A stretch of 64,000 bases of DNA from an uncultured virus (IMG/VR IMGVR_UViG_3300031787_000071) (taxonomy: Duplodnaviria > Heunggongvirae > Uroviricota > Caudoviricetes). The first letter of the stretch is position 1, and each line of letters opens with the position of its first letter. The notes beneath the pieces were generated by a model. It was not told the DNA's origin and did not search any database. It worked only from the letters and a program-made list of their open reading frames with translations. This document shows positions 19,762-29,040 of the stretch, in pieces. Made by a program: the position numbers and the translations under genes. The stretch lies in the IMG/VR virus record IMGVR_UViG_3300031787_000071. One strand, 5' to 3'.

Positions 19762-20514
19762 TTACGCAACGATTCGAATGCCTGGTCCAATTTCATTAAT
19801 AACTTTATCTCTTTTCAACCAAGGATATTTTTTATTGTGTCTTTCTTCAGTAACTTTATTTCCCTTTTCAAAGAATTCTAAGTTTACTGAATTTTCATTC
19901 CCATCAAGTCTGTAACAAAGTGAGTATTGATTCGAACACTCAAATTTTGGAAAAAGTCTTTTTAAATTTGTGAAGAATTGTCTATCAGCACCCCATTGAC
20001 CGTACCATGCATGTCCTATAGCAACAGCAACATCACGCCTAACAGCAAAACTTGAGGTATCAATATGGAATACTTCATTGTTAAAATAAACAGGCCATTT
20101 TCCAAGCGATTCGCAATTATCCTCACAGAGATATTCTCCTTCTTTGTTGTAAATCTTTCTTAATGAATAAGCCCACTGGTTTCCTTCCTGAAGTACCTTA
20201 ACCAATTCCTCAATGTGATTAGGATCAATCCAATTATCTTCATCGAGGTAACATATAACATCAGCATCGACAAGAAAACTACATGCAGCATATACACGAT
20301 GACCATACCAACCTTTGCCCACATTTTCTTCAAGGCGGATTGTTTTGACCTTTGTAGCATCTTCAAGTTGGTGCCAAATCTTGTTTCCATACTCTTTCTC
20401 ACCATCAATAAAAATATAATGTGTCAAATTTTCATACGTCTGTTCTTCAACTGATTGAATACATTGTGTTAGAGTTTTAGAACCTATCGTTGGTGTTACG
20501 ACTGCTACTTTCAT
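19762..20514 (-). CDS. GT2-family glycosyltransferase
   Basis: VVTPT, SV..QTY, YLDEDN (DxD). Confidence 0.85.
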   Translation of the reverse strand: MKVAVVTPTIGSKTLTQCIQSVEEQTYENLTHYIFIDGEKEYGNKIWHQLEDATKVKTIRLEENVGKGWYGHRVYAACSFLVDADVICYLDEDNWIDPNHIEELVKVLQEGNQWAYSLRKIYNKEGEYLCEDNCESLGKWPVYFNNEVFHIDTSSFAVRRDVAVAIGHAWYGQWGADRQFFTNLKRLFPKFECSNQYSLCYRLDGNENSVNLEFFEKGNKVTEERHNKKYPWLKRDKVINEIGPGIRIVA

Positions 20515-20943
20515 TTAAGCCTCAAAAGGTAAATCTGGATAAACTTCTTTAATAAATTTCTTGGTAAGAAATTTAATTTTTAAATCTTTTCTTAACATTC
20601 TTACATATAGATCAGCTTCATCTTTGTGTAAAGTTTCCAAAAGAATTAAAAGTAATTCGGTTTGTTTTCTTGGTTTTAATCCATTGGCTCGTTTGGGATG
20701 ACCTACAATAAATCTATAAGTTCTTTCCAATTCAGAATCAAGATATGCATTATTCAATCCGGCAGGATCAAAAGATGGTTTATATTCTGGTATCTCAACG
20801 TCAAATACAATACTTGGATTGAAAGCATAATTAAAAAATTCTTTGAACGTTGGATGTTCAAATTTTTTCAACACATCAATTTTTTCTTTTTTGGTTGGAG
20901 CTTTCTCAAACATGTCGAGAATCTCCGAGTAAAGGTATTCCAT
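20515..20943 (-). CDS. Conserved T4-like hypothetical protein
   Basis: LLETLHKDEADL; usually found beside rnh. Confidence 0.7.
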   Translation of the reverse strand: MEYLYSEILDMFEKAPTKKEKIDVLKKFEHPTFKEFFNYAFNPSIVFDVEIPEYKPSFDPAGLNNAYLDSELERTYRFIVGHPKRANGLKPRKQTELLLILLETLHKDEADLYVRMLRKDLKIKFLTKKFIKEVYPDLPFEA

Positions 20944-20951
20944 TTTAATCC

Positions 20952-21800
20952 TTAAAATTCGTCAATCACTTCAATCAGGTTTTTAAGACGATTGGAGATC
21001 ATGTAGTTCATAAATTCATTTTTACTTTTTGGTTTAACACTATCGTATCTATCCAAAATTTTCTCAACAAGACCATCCGGTATCTTAGTCAAATCGATTA
21101 ACATTTCGTTGCGACTATAATTGCGAAGCATTTCTTCATTACAGAATTCTTTTGGTTCTTGATTCAACCAATTTATAATTTTAGCTTCAGTAATGGGTTT
21201 CTGTCTACCACCAGTGGTAAAGACATCATCTTTAGAAAGAATATTTGGAATACCATCGCCTTTATCACCACGTATAACCAACTGTTTAAGTTGAAGAAGT
21301 GGTAGAGGTTCTTTTATAGATTTTTTTAGAATTGGAGAATACTGTTCAACATTTGGATATCTTTGCAATTGAGCAAAGTCTTTATCCGAAGAAAGTATCA
21401 TGACATTTTGTGTTGAAGAATATTTCATCGTCAAAACAGCAATAATATCATCCGCCTCACAAGTATCAACATCAATAACTTTATAAGGCGAATGATCTTT
21501 CAATTCCTGTTTGATTTTACCCAAAACTTCAAAGATAGAAGTCCAATCATGGCCAGAAGCATCTCTAGTTTTTTTCCTAGAAGCTTTATATTCAGGAAAA
21601 ATATCTCGGCGCCAGTAGTTTTTATTATCACAAGCAATAATAACTTCTGGTCCGTATTTCTCCTTGAACTTCTTGACATAGGTACGAATCACATTTAAAA
21701 TCATGTGTCGCACTAAATCTTCTTCAACAGGCTTTTTAGAAGAACCAATTTGTTCCATAAGTGACGAAATTGCCACTTGGTTGTAATCAAAGATAATCAT
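20952..21800 (-). CDS. rnh: T4-type RNase H / 5'-3' exonuclease
   Basis: YWRRD.FPEYKASR, EADDII, SSDKDFAQLQ, GDKGDGIPN. Confidence 0.95.
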   Translation of the reverse strand: MIIFDYNQVAISSLMEQIGSSKKPVEEDLVRHMILNVIRTYVKKFKEKYGPEVIIACDNKNYWRRDIFPEYKASRKKTRDASGHDWTSIFEVLGKIKQELKDHSPYKVIDVDTCEADDIIAVLTMKYSSTQNVMILSSDKDFAQLQRYPNVEQYSPILKKSIKEPLPLLQLKQLVIRGDKGDGIPNILSKDDVFTTGGRQKPITEAKIINWLNQEPKEFCNEEMLRNYSRNEMLIDLTKIPDGLVEKILDRYDSVKPKSKNEFMNYMISNRLKNLIEVIDEF

Positions 21801-21831
21801 TTTGTTTTCAATTAGTTTATGAAGTATTTAG

Positions 21832-22722
21832 TCAAATCTCCACATACTTTAGTTTAAAGTTATCGGCACGTTCTTCGTAACCATCGTATCCTCTCGGATT
21901 ACACAACACTCTTGTAGTACCAATCATGTAATCAAAGTCCTCATGGGTATGCCCATGAGTCCATAATTTGATTTGCCTGCGATCAAGAATAAAGTTGTCT
22001 AGATTAGTACTGTAAGCACCATTCATAATAACTTCATTTCTGTATCTAGGGTGTGTGCTTTGTTTACTTGGTGCATGGTGTCCCACAACCACAAAACGAT
22101 GATTGGGATACAAATTAAGAGCTACATCAAGTCCTTTTAGAAATTCTTTATGATCAGCCACAGTATCGTCAGGCGTAAACTGACCGGGTCTTTGTTTCAT
22201 CTCCCATCCAGTTGGTTTTTCATTTTCAACATCAATTGGTACACGATAACTAACTTGACGATTACTATTATCTACGCCTCTGTAATCGTTCATACAATAA
22301 GCCATTTCTCGCATCGTTCTAGGATCTTCATTGTTCATATCAGTCCACAATGTGCCCCCATAAAAGAAAGTACCATTGATATTGATCCAATCTTTGTCTA
22401 GAAAATAAAAATTTTTCAAATCACCAAAAGTTCCTTTGATGAGTTTATCACTCTCGGCAAAATCACCATGATAGTGTTCGTGATTTCCCATGATATAGAT
22501 TACATGAGGAAATCTTTCAGAACAACGATTGATAAAATCAACATATCTTTCAGCACGTATAGATAATGTTTCCGTCACTTTAACAATCGGCGATCCTGCA
22601 CCTTTCAAATCCTCTGCCACCAAAATATCACCACCGAGAATCAAAACATCGGCGCCTTCATCGTTATGAAGGTCCAAATCTCCGAATTCTAGGTGCAGGT
22701 CACTACACACTGCGATTTTCAT
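21832..22722 (-). CDS. Calcineurin-like metallophosphoesterase
   Basis: SDLHLE, GGDI, GNHE, GHHAP, HGHTH, NPRGY. Confidence 0.9.
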   Translation of the reverse strand: MKIAVCSDLHLEFGDLDLHNDEGADVLILGGDILVAEDLKGAGSPIVKVTETLSIRAERYVDFINRCSERFPHVIYIMGNHEHYHGDFAESDKLIKGTFGDLKNFYFLDKDWININGTFFYGGTLWTDMNNEDPRTMREMAYCMNDYRGVDNSNRQVSYRVPIDVENEKPTGWEMKQRPGQFTPDDTVADHKEFLKGLDVALNLYPNHRFVVVGHHAPSKQSTHPRYRNEVIMNGAYSTNLDNFILDRRQIKLWTHGHTHEDFDYMIGTTRVLCNPRGYDGYEERADNFKLKYVEI

Positions 22723-23798
22723 TTTACTATCCTTAGTAGTATTGTATCTTCGTTTAATCTTCCACTCAAAGGTGCTGCAACCGCTTTAATTCCATCAATT
22801 GCATTTCTCAAATAAACTTTTCCACCTTTAAGTATCTCAGGTAAAGTAACTTCAGGTTTACGCAATTTCTTCTGTATCGATTTATCGTCACTATAATTCT
22901 GAAGTGAGCTTCCTTTAATACTTAGGCCTCCTGCATCACTGGCATGGTAGACACCAAGTTTTCTGGTCTTGGTATTGTATACCCATAGTTGCATAGTTCC
23001 TATTATACTCTTAATATCGATAGAAGTCAAGTTTAATTCTTTAAACTCTTGGCAAATTTTAACTTTTGCCGTAAGTTGTTCTACCGTCTTTACTTTACGT
23101 TTTCTTGGTTTTCTAGATTTTATAGCTTCGCCAGAAATCTTACTTGCATCAACAATTACTTGATCACAAAAAGCAATCAATTTCTTCAAATCAGTTTTTT
23201 TGAAATTTGAATATCCTTCTTTTATTTCTGGATCTGAAGTATTCATTACAGAATCGTATTCATTGCGAATCTTTTTAAACCAATCAATAACATGTTTTGT
23301 GTGTACACCCTTCAAATCCATACCATGCATAACACCATAAGGTGAAACAGATTCATTAAATCTGGAATCTATGAGAATATCAATTAATGCTTCTAATTCA
23401 CCCACACATTCACTAGCCTTTTCTTTTATTCTATCTTGAATGTTTGGTGTATTTGTTTTTACAGGTTTTTCATCAACCGATTTTTGTTTTGAAATTTTAT
23501 TTTTAATATCTTCAATTTCTGAATCAAACCATTCTTGATCCTTTTTGGATAAAATTCCACCGTTCGATATAATTCTACACATAAAACCAAAAGTTGGTGG
23601 TTTTGATTTAGTTATATCAGAAATACTTAACTTGAATTTTTTCTTAAAAAAATCAGATGCATACTTTTGAGAATCTTTTGAATCTTTATTTTGTGCATAC
23701 CATGATAAAGCTTTCGATAAATCGATTTGTGATAATTCTGTAGAAAACTTTGGTTCTGCACCCGCAAATTTTTGATTAGCATCGAGCATTCGTGCCAT
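22719..23798 (-). CDS. Conserved T4-like hypothetical protein
   Basis: LWVYNTKTRKL...KLRKPE...GRLNEDTILLR; own sigma70-type promoter. Confidence 0.75.
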   Translation of the reverse strand: MARMLDANQKFAGAEPKFSTELSQIDLSKALSWYAQNKDSKDSQKYASDFFKKKFKLSISDITKSKPPTFGFMCRIISNGGILSKKDQEWFDSEIEDIKNKISKQKSVDEKPVKTNTPNIQDRIKEKASECVGELEALIDILIDSRFNESVSPYGVMHGMDLKGVHTKHVIDWFKKIRNEYDSVMNTSDPEIKEGYSNFKKTDLKKLIAFCDQVIVDASKISGEAIKSRKPRKRKVKTVEQLTAKVKICQEFKELNLTSIDIKSIIGTMQLWVYNTKTRKLGVYHASDAGGLSIKGSSLQNYSDDKSIQKKLRKPEVTLPEILKGGKVYLRNAIDGIKAVAAPLSGRLNEDTILLRIVK

Positions 23799-23919
23799 TT
23801 TAAATCTCCAATAAAAAAACCCGCCTTAATTTCAGACCTACACTATTATATAGCATTTTAGTCCGAAAGTCAAGCGGGTTATGTTATCGAATTGTTAAGA
23901 CTGTTGTTTTTTTACAACA

Positions 23920-24696
23920 CTAGTTTTCGCAATCTATCCATTTTAAATTGTTGTAATGTTGATAAGGCCAAGTTCCTTTGGGTATTAAACATCGACCTAA
24001 TTCTGGACTATTCTCTATTCTCACTTGAACTATTGCCCAAACTAACCAAATAAAATATAAAATAGCTAAACTGCTCATACTCCAACACATAATTTTATAT
24101 TGCAATCTTTTTTTGCGGCGAGCTTTTATTTTCGACTTTTCAGCATTTCTTCTCATCTCAGCCGCAATAACAATACTTTGTTCTTTGCCAACTTTTCTCA
24201 TCATTTCTTCAACATCAAGATACAAAGGACCTAACTCTGGTGGACTTTGATAGACCATGATTTCACGCAATTCTGCACTCATGTGTTCTAGTTGTTTTTT
24301 AAGTAGTACACGCATTAGAGCTCGTTTACCTAGACTATCTTCGCCGTGATATACTTCAGTTCGACTGCGGCGTTCTTCTTCCTCAAACACAGCTAAACAT
24401 TTATAATAGTTGTCGAAATACACACCTAAGTGTTGTCCTATTTGTGTATAGATATCGGTTGTCTCACCGCCCTTTTTGTTTAATTCAATTATTCGATTTT
24501 TCTCCGTGACGAACTGATTACGTTCAGCCACGGTTGGAGGATGATCTTTAAATTTACTATTGAATTGGTCGTCAAGATCCTTGAGAACATCTTTAATGTC
24601 CCCAGCAGCTCCTTGAATGTCCTTGTAAAGTTTACATCCTTCTTTTACAAGTTTAACAGCACCATTAGCTAATGCAAATAGTGTTAATGGATCCAT
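23920..24696 (-). CDS. Coiled-coil membrane protein
   Basis: MDPLTLFALA N-terminus; C-terminal TM helix. Confidence 0.7.
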   Translation of the reverse strand: MDPLTLFALANGAVKLVKEGCKLYKDIQGAAGDIKDVLKDLDDQFNSKFKDHPPTVAERNQFVTEKNRIIELNKKGGETTDIYTQIGQHLGVYFDNYYKCLAVFEEEERRSRTEVYHGEDSLGKRALMRVLLKKQLEHMSAELREIMVYQSPPELGPLYLDVEEMMRKVGKEQSIVIAAEMRRNAEKSKIKARRKKRLQYKIMCWSMSSLAILYFIWLVWAIVQVRIENSPELGRCLIPKGTWPYQHYNNLKWIDCEN

Positions 24697-24699
24697 CTT

Positions 24700-24915
24700 C
24701 TATCTTCTTCTTTTTCTTTCTATATCATCCTTCAACATATTCTTGAAAAGTTTAACAGTATTTTGCACATTTTTTTCGGCAAATACCTTAACTACTACCA
24801 ACTTTTCATCATAACTATTTGCGTTTTCTAAGAATTCTTTAGGAACTGCAAGTGCTTTCTTTTTTGGCTTAAATTTACTTAAATCGGGCTTTATGTCATC
24901 CGAGTTGTCGGACAT
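24700..24915 (-). CDS. Hypothetical protein
   Basis: Short basic ORF; start taken at MSDNS. Confidence 0.5.
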   Translation of the reverse strand: MSDNSDDIKPDLSKFKPKKKALAVPKEFLENANSYDEKLVVVKVFAEKNVQNTVKLFKNMLKDDIERKRRR

Positions 24916-25077
24916 TTTTATCACCTTTAGTTGTTGTTATAGTAAACAACACAGGCAAAACGAAGAATTATATGAACGGCACAACCTAGGTTGCGGTCAA
25001 GACACTTGATAATATACACCAAGTTTGAGGTGGATCAATACTACTATTTAGTATTAATACTAGTAGTTTGGAGTGTA

Positions 25078-25102
25078 AGTGGGAACTAACATAGTTCCCA
25101 CT
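25078..25102 (-). terminator. Hairpin downstream of ahpD
   Basis: AGTGGGAACTA-ACA-TAGTTCCCACT; U-tract weak. Confidence 0.6.
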
Positions 25103-25105
25103 GGT

Positions 25106-25624
25106 TTAATTAGCTAAAACGCTTGCAACACTTTTCATGACTGCGGCAATACGACCAATATCTCGCAATTGTTCGACCGTATAACCTTCTTTTTTCAAAG
25201 TCTCATAATGTGCTTTTACGCAAAAATGACATTTACCAACAATACTTGCGGCCAAACTGTAAGCCTCAAATCTTGCTTTGGTCGTGCCACCATGACTTGC
25301 GATAGCATTCATGCGTAATTGTGCTGGAAGTCCAGTAAGATTTGGATCATCAGCCATCTCAACATATGGATACCATACATTGTTTTGTGCCATAATTGCA
25401 CCTGCCGTAAGTGCTGCGTCAGCTTCTTTACGGTCAGTTATTTGTAGATGAAGCCATGTCCAAAGTTTAGAGTTACCTGTAGCAAACGCAGCGGCTAATG
25501 CCACTGCTTCTGCTTCTTCAACTGGTAATGTGCTACGTTTAATTACTGCATCAATATTGAGTTTAGTATCCTTAGCATATTCAGGAATACTTACTTCTTT
25601 TAATGTATCTACCCACGATGTCAT
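25106..25624 (-). CDS. ahpD: Alkyl hydroperoxide reductase D
   Basis: IPEYAKD.KLN, MAQNNVWY, LAASIVGKCHFCVKAH. Confidence 0.93.
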   Translation of the reverse strand: MTSWVDTLKEVSIPEYAKDTKLNIDAVIKRSTLPVEEAEAVALAAAFATGNSKLWTWLHLQITDRKEADAALTAGAIMAQNNVWYPYVEMADDPNLTGLPAQLRMNAIASHGGTTKARFEAYSLAASIVGKCHFCVKAHYETLKKEGYTVEQLRDIGRIAAVMKSVASVLAN

Positions 25625-26025
25625 TTCGTTTGGTCTCCTAAAATTTTATATCCTTTATATGTTGGATGTACACCATCAGAACTAATGTTGGTTTCTGGTC
25701 TTGGTATCACCGTATCACCAAATTCAGCTGCAACTAGTTTCACAGATTCAACTTGTTTTGGTTTTAGTTTTTGACTAGGCAACAACCAGAAAACTCTTTC
25801 GGCTTGAGCATTTGTGCGAAGTGAACGAATGTTGCCTTCCGTATTAATTCCCAAATCATTTGCACCAAGACTAATAATTAAAGTTTTAGTAGGTTTTAAT
25901 TTGTGTAAATGTTTTTTATTCCAATCACTAGAATTAATTCCACTTTTCACAATAGCTTGACACTCAGTTCTAATCTGACTTACACCAACAGCAATACTAT
26001 CTCCAACGATTAAACATTCCAACAT
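25621..26025 (-). CDS. Small SGNH/GDSL hydrolase-like protein
   Basis: GDSIA, LGAND, DGVHP. Confidence 0.8.
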   Translation of the reverse strand: MLECLIVGDSIAVGVSQIRTECQAIVKSGINSSDWNKKHLHKLKPTKTLIISLGANDLGINTEGNIRSLRTNAQAERVFWLLPSQKLKPKQVESVKLVAAEFGDTVIPRPETNISSDGVHPTYKGYKILGDQTK

Positions 26026-26039
26026 ATTTTCCTCCAATA

Positions 26040-26576
26040 TTAAAGTGTTTCGCCACCAATTGTGCGGTTACATGCACAGAGTTCTCCAGTTTGAAGAGCA
26101 TCAAGCACACGAAGTGTTTCATCTGGTGAACGACCTACATTGAGGTTGTTAACCGTAACGTGTTGTATAACATTATCAGGGTCGATAATAAAAGTAGCAC
26201 GAAGAGCTGCGCCCGCTGGTTCATAGAAAACTCCCAATTGTTCAATCAATGATACACCCCATTCACGCGAAGTATCAGCAAACTGAATGTGTTTGATTTT
26301 TTTCAAATCTTCATGTGAAGCCTGCCAACCAAGTTTACAGAATTCATTATCGGTAGAACCTGTCAATAGAACTGCATCACGGTCTGCAAAATCTTGGAAC
26401 AACTTATCATATGCCACGATTTCTGTTGGACATACAAACGTGAAATCTTTTGGATAGTAAACAATTACTTTCCACTTACCTTCAAAAGACTTTTCGGTAA
26501 TATCAAAAAATTTGTCACTACCAGGATTAATACCAGTTACTACGAACGGTTCAATTACATCGCCTACTGTTTTCAT
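26040..26576 (-). CDS. ahpC: Peroxiredoxin AhpC
   Basis: YPKDFTFVCPTE, RATFIIDP, GELCACN. Confidence 0.96.
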   Translation of the reverse strand: MKTVGDVIEPFVVTGINPGSDKFFDITEKSFEGKWKVIVYYPKDFTFVCPTEIVAYDKLFQDFADRDAVLLTGSTDNEFCKLGWQASHEDLKKIKHIQFADTSREWGVSLIEQLGVFYEPAGAALRATFIIDPDNVIQHVTVNNLNVGRSPDETLRVLDALQTGELCACNRTIGGETL

Positions 26577-26587
26577 TTATTTCCTCC

Positions 26588-26682
26588 AAAAAAAAAAGAC
26601 TAAGCACTATCTCTAGTACTTAGTCATAGTTTACACTAATTAGTCACAAAAGTCTAATGATATTTTTCTATCGCAACAATAG
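26588..26682 (-). promoter_or_regulatory. OxyR-like site, sigma70 promoter and overlapping terminator upstream of ahpC
   Basis: CTAT-N7-ATAG-N7-TCAT abuts TAGACT-17-TAAACT; hairpin GACTAAGTACTA-GAGA-TAGTGCTTAGTC then U10. Confidence 0.65.
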
Positions 26683-26695
26683 ACCTAGTAAAAGA

Positions 26696-26779
26696 TGGTG
26701 CGGGTAGCCAGATTCGAACTGGCACGCCTTTCAGCGGCGGGTTTTAAGCCCGCTGTGTCTACCATTCCACCATACCCGC
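26696..26779 (-). tRNA. tRNA-Leu(TAA)
   Basis: Cloverleaf, GCGGG-CT TAA AA-CCCGC, long variable arm, encoded CCA. Confidence 0.95.
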
Positions 26780-26780
26780 A

Positions 26781-27239
26781 TTATTTCGTTTTATTTCTAC
26801 CACAATAAGTGTCCGTTTGTGAATGACAATTCGGACAAATAATCATCAAATTATTCAAAGAATGATTATAACTGTTTCCATCAATATGTTCAAGCTGAAA
26901 CGACAATTCTTTACCGTTCCACTCAGTTATATCACACACTTCACATTTTTTTTCTTTATAACCTTCGTTGAATAATCTTTTTCTTAATTTATTTGTTTGA
27001 TACTCTGGATGTTTACCTTCTAAAATATCTTTTAATGATATCTTACCTGCGCCTTCTTTTTTAGGTTTTGATGTACCTAATCCACCTTGATTGGCCTTAA
27101 ACACTCCCAATCTTAAAGCATGAACACGATAAGTACCATATTGAATACCTAATCTTTGTGCTGCTTGCGTTGCTGAATGTGAAGTGTTAGACACTTCAAT
27201 TATTTCTTGATCGGTTGCACTTATTCTTTTCATAGACAC
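26781..27239 (-). CDS. HNH endonuclease
   Basis: CEVC, HIDG..N...NL..ICPNCH; TATAAATA late promoter near 27263-27270. Confidence 0.9.
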   Translation of the reverse strand: MSMKRISATDQEIIEVSNTSHSATQAAQRLGIQYGTYRVHALRLGVFKANQGGLGTSKPKKEGAGKISLKDILEGKHPEYQTNKLRKRLFNEGYKEKKCEVCDITEWNGKELSFQLEHIDGNSYNHSLNNLMIICPNCHSQTDTYCGRNKTK

Positions 27240-27273
27240 TCCTGAAAACTATCTGGAGTGTCTATTTATAAAA

Positions 27274-27744
27274 CTAAGCTGCTCGTAAACTTTTAAATCT
27301 ATCGGCAGCGTATGATGCCGCAAATGCATTTGGTTTGATTAGAGGTATAACATTACAAGTACCACGAATATAACCAATTGCTTCTTGCATCACACAGTTA
27401 CTTCCGTGATGCTCATCAGGATTAATATCCAAATGAACTTCAACATGTCTATTTTCAAGCACATCCGCAAGTTTAATGTATAAGTCAGAAACTTTATACA
27501 CTTCATTCATTAAACGATATCTAGGACGATTTTTCTTTTGATCATAATCTCTTTCTCTTTGTACTTCACCAAAAAGTTTACAACCATTATTTCCGTTTAT
27601 GTGAACTACTACAGCAAGAATGTAATCGGCGTACCAAACACCATCAACCTTAAATCGTTCAGAATCGCAACCAATATAAATTTTGGTTTCTGGTGATTGA
27701 CTATTGATATAATCTTTGATTTCATCCAAATCAAGTTTACGCAC
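27274..27744 (-). CDS. YkuK/DUF458-like RNase H-fold protein
   Basis: IYIGCDS, RLMNEV, EVHLDIN, KPNAFAASYAAD. Confidence 0.82.
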   Translation of the reverse strand: MRKLDLDEIKDYINSQSPETKIYIGCDSERFKVDGVWYADYILAVVVHINGNNGCKLFGEVQRERDYDQKKNRPRYRLMNEVYKVSDLYIKLADVLENRHVEVHLDINPDEHHGSNCVMQEAIGYIRGTCNVIPLIKPNAFAASYAADRFKSLRAA

Positions 27745-27763
27745 GATACATTCTCCTTATTAT

Positions 27764-27855
27764 TGGTGCCTCCGGCGGGAGTCGAACCCACATTGGCCAA
27801 TTATCTGTTGCACACGGGATATAAATCCGCTGTTTTACCATTAAACTACAGAGGC
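27764..27855 (-). tRNA. tRNA-Ile(TAT) with extended variable region
   Basis: GCCTCTG/CGGAGGC-ACCA acceptor; loop TT TAT AT; about 22-nt variable segment; GGTTCGACTCC T-arm. Confidence 0.75.
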
Positions 27856-27858
27856 GTT

Positions 27859-27933
27859 TGGTCCGGCGTGAGGGAATCGAACCCCCATTAAAGCTTTAGA
27901 AGAGCCTTGTCCTATCCGTTGAACGAACGCCAG
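27859..27933 (-). tRNA. tRNA-Arg(TCT)
   Basis: AGGCT-CT TCT AA-AGCTT; CCA. Confidence 0.92.
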
Positions 27934-27937
27934 AAAT

Positions 27938-28011
27938 TGGAGCGGAATACCAGAATCGAACTGGTGTCTAGACCTTGGCAAGGTTTTGTTCTACCATTAA
28001 ACTAATTCCGC
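27938..28011 (-). tRNA. tRNA-Gly(GCC)
   Basis: Loop TT GCC AA; GCGGAAT acceptor; TCCA end. Confidence 0.92.
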
Positions 28012-28017
28012 AAAACT

Positions 28018-28091
28018 TGGAGCGGGATATCAGAATCGAACTGATAACAACAGATTGGAAATCTGTAGTTTTACCATTAAACTAATCCCGC
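28018..28091 (-). tRNA. tRNA-Gly(TCC)
   Basis: ACAGA-TT TCC AA-TCTGT; TCCA end. Confidence 0.94.
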
Positions 28092-28249
28092 TTTGTTTCT
28101 TTTTTATCTTCAAAAGCATCCAATACACAATCTTCAGTACTTAAAATATCCTGATATTCATTCTTAAAAATTTTATCCCAATTATCAGAAAACTTATCTT
28201 GTGGAACCGAAAATGGTCTTGGTCTACTTCCTTTGCCGCCGTCACTCAT
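28082..28249 (-). CDS. Small protein MSDGGKGSRPRP... (55 aa); stop lies inside tRNA-Gly(TCC)
   Basis: Own translation; AAGGA RBS; GGKGS.PRP...NWDKIF motif seen in T4-like phages. Confidence 0.7.
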   Translation of the reverse strand: MSDGGKGSRPRPFSVPQDKFSDNWDKIFKNEYQDILSTEDCVLDAFEDKKETKRD

Positions 28250-28265
28250 TTTACTTCCTTGTTAT

Positions 28266-28340
28266 TGGTGCCCCCACCTGGAATCGAACTAGGAATTGAT
28301 GCTTACAAGGCAACCGTTATGGCCATTTAACTATAGGGGC
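28266..28340 (-). tRNA. tRNA-Thr(TGT)
   Basis: Loop CT TGT AA; CCA. Confidence 0.93.
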
Positions 28341-28359
28341 TATTATACACTACTTATGC

Positions 28360-28434
28360 TGGTAGTAGTGGCAAGATTCGAACTTGCACCTAACACCGTA
28401 TGAAGGTGGCGCACTACCATTATGCTACACTACC
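28360..28434 (-). tRNA. tRNA-Met(CAT), probably elongator
   Basis: Loop TT CAT AC; CCA. Met versus Ile2 identity is uncertain. Confidence 0.85.
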
Positions 28435-28436
28435 AT

Positions 28437-28514
28437 TGGTTGCGGGTGTGGGATTCGAACCACACGATTTCTTGCTTATGAGACAAGCGAGGACGACCTC
28501 TCCTCTAACCCGCA
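28437..28514 (-). tRNA. tRNA-fMet-like (CAT)
   Basis: TGCGGGT...ACCCGCAACCA acceptor like initiator tRNAs; loop CT CAT AA; lacks the three G-C pairs of the anticodon stem. Confidence 0.82.
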
Positions 28515-28561
28515 ATTGAAAAGGTGGGAGATTTTACTCTCCTCGCCTCACACGCGAAACT

Positions 28562-28645
28562 TGGTGGGTAGCCACGGAATCGAACCGCGTATGCCGAAGC
28601 GCCTGATTTACAGTCAGGTGTAGTCACCAATGCTACTCGCTACCC
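28562..28645 (-). tRNA. tRNA-Tyr(GTA)
   Basis: CCTGA-CT GTA AA-TCAGG; long variable arm. Confidence 0.94.
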
Positions 28646-28958
28646 ATATTAGATTTGCAGTTTATACTATTTGCTATGCTCAACGGAGTATCCGGCCGGA
28701 TTTACCGTTTATGTACATAGTTACGCAGGCATGATCAAGCCCATGGCTTACAAACTGCAAATTTAATATTGCTTAGGCCACGTTTTTCCACGGTCGCCCC
28801 CAAGCTGAGTTGTTACCCTGTCCGAACACTAAAAGCACTTTGCTACGTAGTGTCCACGCTGCTATGTTGTCCGAAGGTTCGCTTCACTAAAGGTGCCATA
28901 GCCACCTGGATTTTTTCGTGTACCAAACGCTACTTTTAGGAAAGTAGTAACCGGATTC

Positions 28959-29033
28959 TGGCTGCTCAGGTAGGGATCGAACCTACGACACACGGATTAA
29001 CAGTCCGCTGATCTACCGCTGATCTACTGAGCA
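28959..29033 (-). tRNA. tRNA-Asn(GTT)
   Basis: Loop CT GTT AA; GCCA end. Confidence 0.94.
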
Positions 29034-29040
29034 ATAAAAC

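Noticed and set aside
24945..25050. Intergenic stretch with partial resemblance to a c-di-GMP-I riboswitch (CACAGGCAAAAC)
   Set aside because: It lacks the GNRA-capped P2 and the P3 receptor, and the resemblance is on the strand opposite the flanking genes.
26781..27239. HNH gene as part of a group I intron in a tRNA
   Set aside because: The flanking tRNA-Leu is complete and no intron core is visible; the gene is free-standing with its own late promoter.
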